In this document: positions 58,955 to 64,000 of the stretch, piece after piece
Layout of the letters: each line of letters starts with the position of its first letter
Numbering within the stretch: position 1 is the first letter of the stretch
NCBI RefSeq assembly: GCF_964355755.1
Contig: NC_092676.1
Coordinates: 25,748,871-25,812,870, forward strand
Reading direction: 5' to 3'
DNA from: Antedon mediterranea
Taxonomy: Eukaryota; Animalia; Echinodermata
Length of the DNA: 64,000 nt
The notes under the pieces: model-generated
Databases searched by the model: none
The model's input: only the letters and a program-made list of their open reading frames with translations
Told to the model about the DNA's origin: nothing
Program-made: the position numbers and the translations under genes

Positions 58955-60110
58955 TTTCTTACATTTTGAACGGAAGTATTTATTTGTTTATAAGCCCAAT
59001 TTTCCAGTCTTAATTTTACATTTTGAAAAAAAGTATTTATTTGTTTATAAGCCCAATTTTCCAGTCTTAATTTTACATTTTGAAAAAAAAGTATTTTATT
59101 TGTTGATAAGCCCAATTGTGCAGTCTTATTTTACATTTTGAACGAAAGTATTTATTTGTTGATAAGCCCAATTTTGCATTCTTATTTTACATTTTAAATG
59201 AAAGTATTTATTTGTTGATAAGCCGAATTTTCCAGTTTAATAATAATGACCCCTTCCACAGTGCTTATACCATATACATTTTACATGATATTGACCGTGG
59301 GTTCTTTACGCCTCTGATGCATTTGTTTTTATTGTACCTTTTTAATAAATTATTATATGTTTAGGCCTAATCACACCCAATTTAATGAAACGGTCAGATT
59401 CCGATTTCAATTGAACGAAAGTAGTACTGTATTTATTATTCATTGATAAGCCAAGGGTCCCATGGCGTTAGCTGATATCTTGAGCATTTGACTCTTGTGT
59501 GAACCTGTAACACAAATCATTCTTCAAAATCTAAAGAAAGAACCTCACACGTCTTTTTTGTGAGTGATACACTATGGATATGCCCACGGAAATAATACGT
59601 GGACATTGCAAACAATCATAGGCCTACAGTAACAAACATAGAATGGCTAATAAGCATAACATTCAGACTTGCTTGTTTTCTAGTGGATTTTTATTTACTT
59701 TAGCATGTAGAATAAAACTATTAACAGTGGCTATATTAATAATTATACTGATTATCCTTGATGTTATCGCGTCTAATAATAAAATATTTTGTTGTTGATA
59801 AGCCCAATTTTTCAGCCTTGATTTTACATTTTGAACGAAAGTATTTATTTGTTGATAAGCCCAATTTTGCAGTCTTAATAATGACCCTTCCACAGTGCGT
59901 TTTACATGATATTGACCGAGGGTTTTTACGCCTCTATAGCCACTGATCAATACCGTAATTAATGTACTTTTTTAAATGAATATTGAAATGTTTCAACATA
60001 CCCAATTCAAAAAAACGCCCCGTTTTCGAGTTCAATCTTTTGATTAGAGAGGTTGGAGTTTCATTTTGAACGAAAGTATTTATTTGATTGATAAGCCAAA
60101 TTTCTAGTCC
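58955..60110 (+). repeat. Interrupted tandem repeat of about 58-60 bp
   Basis: Unit ttttacattttgaacgaaagtatttatttgttgataagcccaattttccagtctta, about 5 copies at 58955-59240 and further copies near 59410, 59790-59880 and 60060. Confidence 0.85.
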
Positions 60111-60402
60111 TAATGATTTGAGATTCAACGGGTTTTGCTTTCAATTGTATAATAATATAATTATATATATATATATAAATATAATATTAAGTATAATTAT
60201 GAATTCACCAACACTTTCAGGCCCGGGCCCGAGTTTGTGTAGACCAGACTTCCATGCACAGCCACATGTTAAGGAATATGAATCTCTTTATGATTTTAAT
60301 ATGGTTCGAAATGATATTACACAACAACAATTAGACAGCAACTGTGCAAGAGTCCAACTAATAAAATCGGAATGATCAATTAATTGAACATTTACAGCAT
60401 AA

Positions 60403-60762
60403 GGCCCATACACTAGGACAATAACGATCGACGATAAATAGACAAATGTGCATTTTTAATACATAAACCAAAAGAAATATAAACAATTCCTTTGATGAAA
60501 ATTATATTTTCACACGTCCAATCAAATGACGTCATGATTAGTAAGACCAATAATATCGTGACAATACAGCGATTTTATTGTTTTTATTTATCATGACGTC
60601 ATTTGATTGGAATTTGAAAAACATTATTTTTATCAAAGACAGCATAAATGATTATCCTATAGGTCTAGAACGAAAACCTTTCTAATTTCTTTTGGTTTAT
60701 GTAAAAGAAATGCATGCTTATATATTATCGTCCGTCGTTATCGTCATAGTGTAATTGGGCCT
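60403..60762. mobile_element. Palindromic Harbinger-like MITE
   Basis: aggcccatacactaggacaataacga...tcgttatcgtcatagtgtaattgggcct; internal inverted tccaatcaaatgacgtcatga. Confidence 0.75.
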
Positions 60763-62729
60763 TTATACAAAAAAAAAAATTGATTACGAAGTTACATGCC
60801 ATTTTCACCTATCACCAAAAAACTAACCTTTTCAACACTAATTAATTGTTACGAAGCCAATTTATATTATATATTTCATTAAAACTGAACTTTACGGTAA
60901 ATGAAGAGTAAGTATCAGTTAATATGAATAATATAACTAGTAGGTCTATGAACTTGCGTCCAGACACAGAACTGTAACATTACTATCATAAATGTTGAAA
61001 CAACTTATAAAACCTTTTTTTAAAGAAAATATAATTGTGCTAGGAGAAGGCTAATAAACAAATAGATAATGTACAAACCTTTTTCTGGATTAATTAATGG
61101 AGCAGGCGTTCCTAATAATCTGCTGCTGCTACCTAGACTGATTGTTCACCTTCTGACAATAATTGATTGGACCTACCCCCCCCCCCCCCACGGCATCTGA
61201 TAACCAAAAAAAAATTTACCAGGACTGTTTCAATGATTTAATATCTGACGGCGTATTATTATAACATTGGCCTAGATTGACAGTCATAAAAAAGAAAGTC
61301 ATTGTAAATACTTCCCTTCATGTTGACAGAGCCAAAATAAAGTTTTGACCATTATCGAATGATTATTTGACAGTGACTTATTATAATACCGGCCTGGTTG
61401 ACAGCAAAAACGAAGTTATTATTTATTAAACAAGATTTTACAGATTTCCGTCTACATCTCAATAATACTGTATTATCAGCAAAGGCTTTCATATAGACTC
61501 TCTTCTCCCAGACGTTTTTTGGGTCCAGCAGCTACCTATAAATTATAGTCGAGTTTCCAAATTCACAAAACTGTCAGCCTTAGATACTAAAGCTACCGCT
61601 ATGAAACAGCTTATTAATGAATGTGTCCTCCTGGGACATAGCTGGCTAGAGCCGCGGCGCGAAAATGCAATTGAAGATAAACGATTATCGCAATAAATTG
61701 GTTATTGATTTTTTGTTGTTGGTAAAACCAAGGCAATTAATAGCATTGGCTAAACATAGTCACAACATAGACATGCTCAATAAGTGTCTTCTCTCGTCAT
61801 TCGTTTTTGTCAATCCGTACTGTCGGCCTACCTGATATTTCATCAGTATTTTTTACAGAGAACACACAATCATATGATGCTTTAAAAAAACCACTAGGCC
61901 TATCTTGTACTTAACTTATTTTTTAATGATGTTCAAGTTGTTTCAAATTGTAAAATTCCTTACCCCACAGAGGTAATAAAGACTGTGTGTATGATTAACG
62001 TAGAAGAACAGGACATTCGGTTTATTCTATGTTTTTAGGTTTAGTTATACACAATGTTAACACGAAGCTGCCACACACTAAACACACAAACCGTATACCA
62101 GGGAAGACTGTCACTCTTCCCTTAACATACTAAAGCATACGTAGCTAATTATATTAAATTAAATCATCATGACAGCTAGTGACACAGTATTGTTGGTCAA
62201 GTATTTTTAGTGACATTCCCTACCTTATCAAATATTTAATGATTACCTGGTCTTAATGTAGCAGCACGATATTATACGGATTTTTTTTCTCAATAATACG
62301 TTAGTTTTCTTCATTATTTTATATATTTTATGATAACGCCTACCTGCCTGTTATTGGTCGTATCATATATTACGCAACAGCAGTTAATCGTACGTAGCCT
62401 ACATGACGCATTTTTAAAATAAATTATTTATCATTATTTATTTATATTAAGTAGGCTTCATATTCGGAGTTCTGAAAAAGATAAGTGAAGAACCTCTACA
62501 GTTTACCACATTTTCCCTCAATGGAGTTCTTAATATACATAACGTCGTTATAAGTTTCTGTGCCCAGTGACAATTTTTGGTATAAACTAAATATTGATTA
62601 GCCCTGAAGATTTAGGTAGAGAATTCAACCCCACCCTAACACCTGAGATCCACATCCACACCCCTCGAAATGATCTGGAATTATTTTTACAATTCATTGT
62701 GAATTGATTATTCTATTCTACTAATCTAT

Positions 62730-63612
62730 TTAGTGAATTAACATTGATAATAACAAAAATAATAAAATTGTATAAAGCGCTGAAGAGGACAAAGATGCCG
62801 TGTTCCCTTTACATGGATCGTTGTCACTGGTAATAAACGTAATACGGTTGTCCAGACCAGTTGTAATTGGAGAATAGAGATTTATATATTCAGCTAACAT
62901 TGCAGTTTCAAGATTTCCTGTGTAGAAATAAGATGTAAAATCAATCAGCAGTGAATAAACACAAAGGAGGATGGAAACGGTAGAATGAATTGTTGAAGGG
63001 ATCTCATCTTTCCCTCTGATAGGATGTGTAGAAGTGGACTTACCGCGAACAGTGCCGCGAGAAATACTCAGAAGTTTTTCGAGTGTTTTCAATTCTCGAG
63101 TAGGCTACTTTTTCAAACTAATTTGTTACTGTCTGTGCTGAGGTCTTTTCAAGAAATTCCAAAACGTAAAATGCAGCAGTAGGCCTACCGATGTTGGAAC
63201 GCGCAATTATTTCTTCTTCGGCGCTCTTCAAACTAATGTTGTCTGCGTACCTTCTGTGCCATCCTTTAAAAGAAGACTGAGGAAGACCCTACCTAGGAAT
63301 ATATGATCAACCTAAGTAGATACTCAGGAACACACGTTGTTGGTACAGAGTCTCGTTTTAAATGCCAACGTCTATTACTTAAAGTTATAGTTTGTTATTT
63401 GCATACCGTACCTGATACTTGACTAATTTTATTTGTTTTGATGATCTCATAGCCATCGCCACCGTCTGCCATAAAGCTATTCATAATTACAGGATACACG
63501 GTTTCCAAATCAATGGGAACATAATGCGGTATCGTACAATTGGAACAGCGAACTTCTAAATCGACAACACGACTTCCGGCTTCTTTACGAAGATCGTATG
63601 AAACACGAATAC
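62730..63612 (-). CDS. NT5E: Ecto-5'-nucleotidase (CD73/NT5E-like), last two exons 63612-63412 and 62917-62730; the gene continues beyond the window
   Basis: GIRVSYDLRKEAGSRVVDLEVRCSNCTIPHYVPIDLETVYPVIMNSFMADGGDGYEII and GNLETAMLAEYINLYSPITTGLDNRITF match the CD73 C-terminal domain; hydrophobic GPI-signal-like tail; phase-1 GT-AG junctions. Confidence 0.92.
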
Positions 63613-64000
63613 CTAAGAAATTATAATAATTGTAAATGATAATTGTTTTTTATATAACTATATAATGTGGGAAACGGAGTACTTGATTCGAACGTTTCAG
63701 AGATCTTTATCATCTGACTGCTTGTTGTTGACAAGCAGCCTGGTGACGCCATTGGTTGTTGATGATGACGTAATTGTATATTTTATTTAACACCTTTAAT
63801 TGATATTGTTAAATAATAAGAACAAATAAGTTGATCCGGAAATCAGAAAATAACAAATTCACCAGAGCCATTTACATTAAAAACTCTTCGAGTTTAATTG
63901 TAGACGTAAAGATGAACAAACGTTAAACGTATAATTATATCTTGTTGCTAAAACTTGGTTAATCCTTAAAAGGTTAAATGTCTTGAATGAAAACTTGTTG

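Noticed and set aside
62918-63092. N-terminal half of the 120-aa ORF at 62730-63092
   Set aside because: Intronic; CD73 similarity starts only after the acceptor at 62918-62919.

Overview
AT-rich eukaryotic (metazoan) genomic DNA with spliceosomal introns. It is probably a marine invertebrate deuterostome, and the DED style, Deu-SINE and TE set suggest an echinoderm such as a crinoid (inference). Genes reconstructed by hand from GT-AG junctions and codon phase: (1) the last two exons of a tandem death-domain gene (269-1664, +); (2) three co-oriented paralogous genes A (11055-17531), B (30644-39528) and C (46885-49132), each encoding an N-terminal tandem death-effector domain (DED-DED), an acidic linker with caspase-type Asp sites, a Lys-rich stretch and 2 to about 6 C-terminal transmembrane helices, with no caspase domain; (3) a complete 6-exon fungal-type Bmt2 rRNA m1A methyltransferase gene (52385-54625, -); (4) the last two exons of a GPI-type ecto-5'-nucleotidase (CD73/NT5E-like; 62730-63612, -). 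The rest is dense in TEs: two near-complete CR1/L2-group LINEs, LINE fragments, foldback elements with 8-9 bp TSDs, Harbinger- and mariner-type MITEs, Helentron-like elements, an Academ remnant, a 5S-Deu SINE, and two MITEs with 7-bp TSDs. The best novelty candidate is the membrane-anchored DED-DED family. All gene models and family assignments are by eye and were not checked against databases or transcripts.
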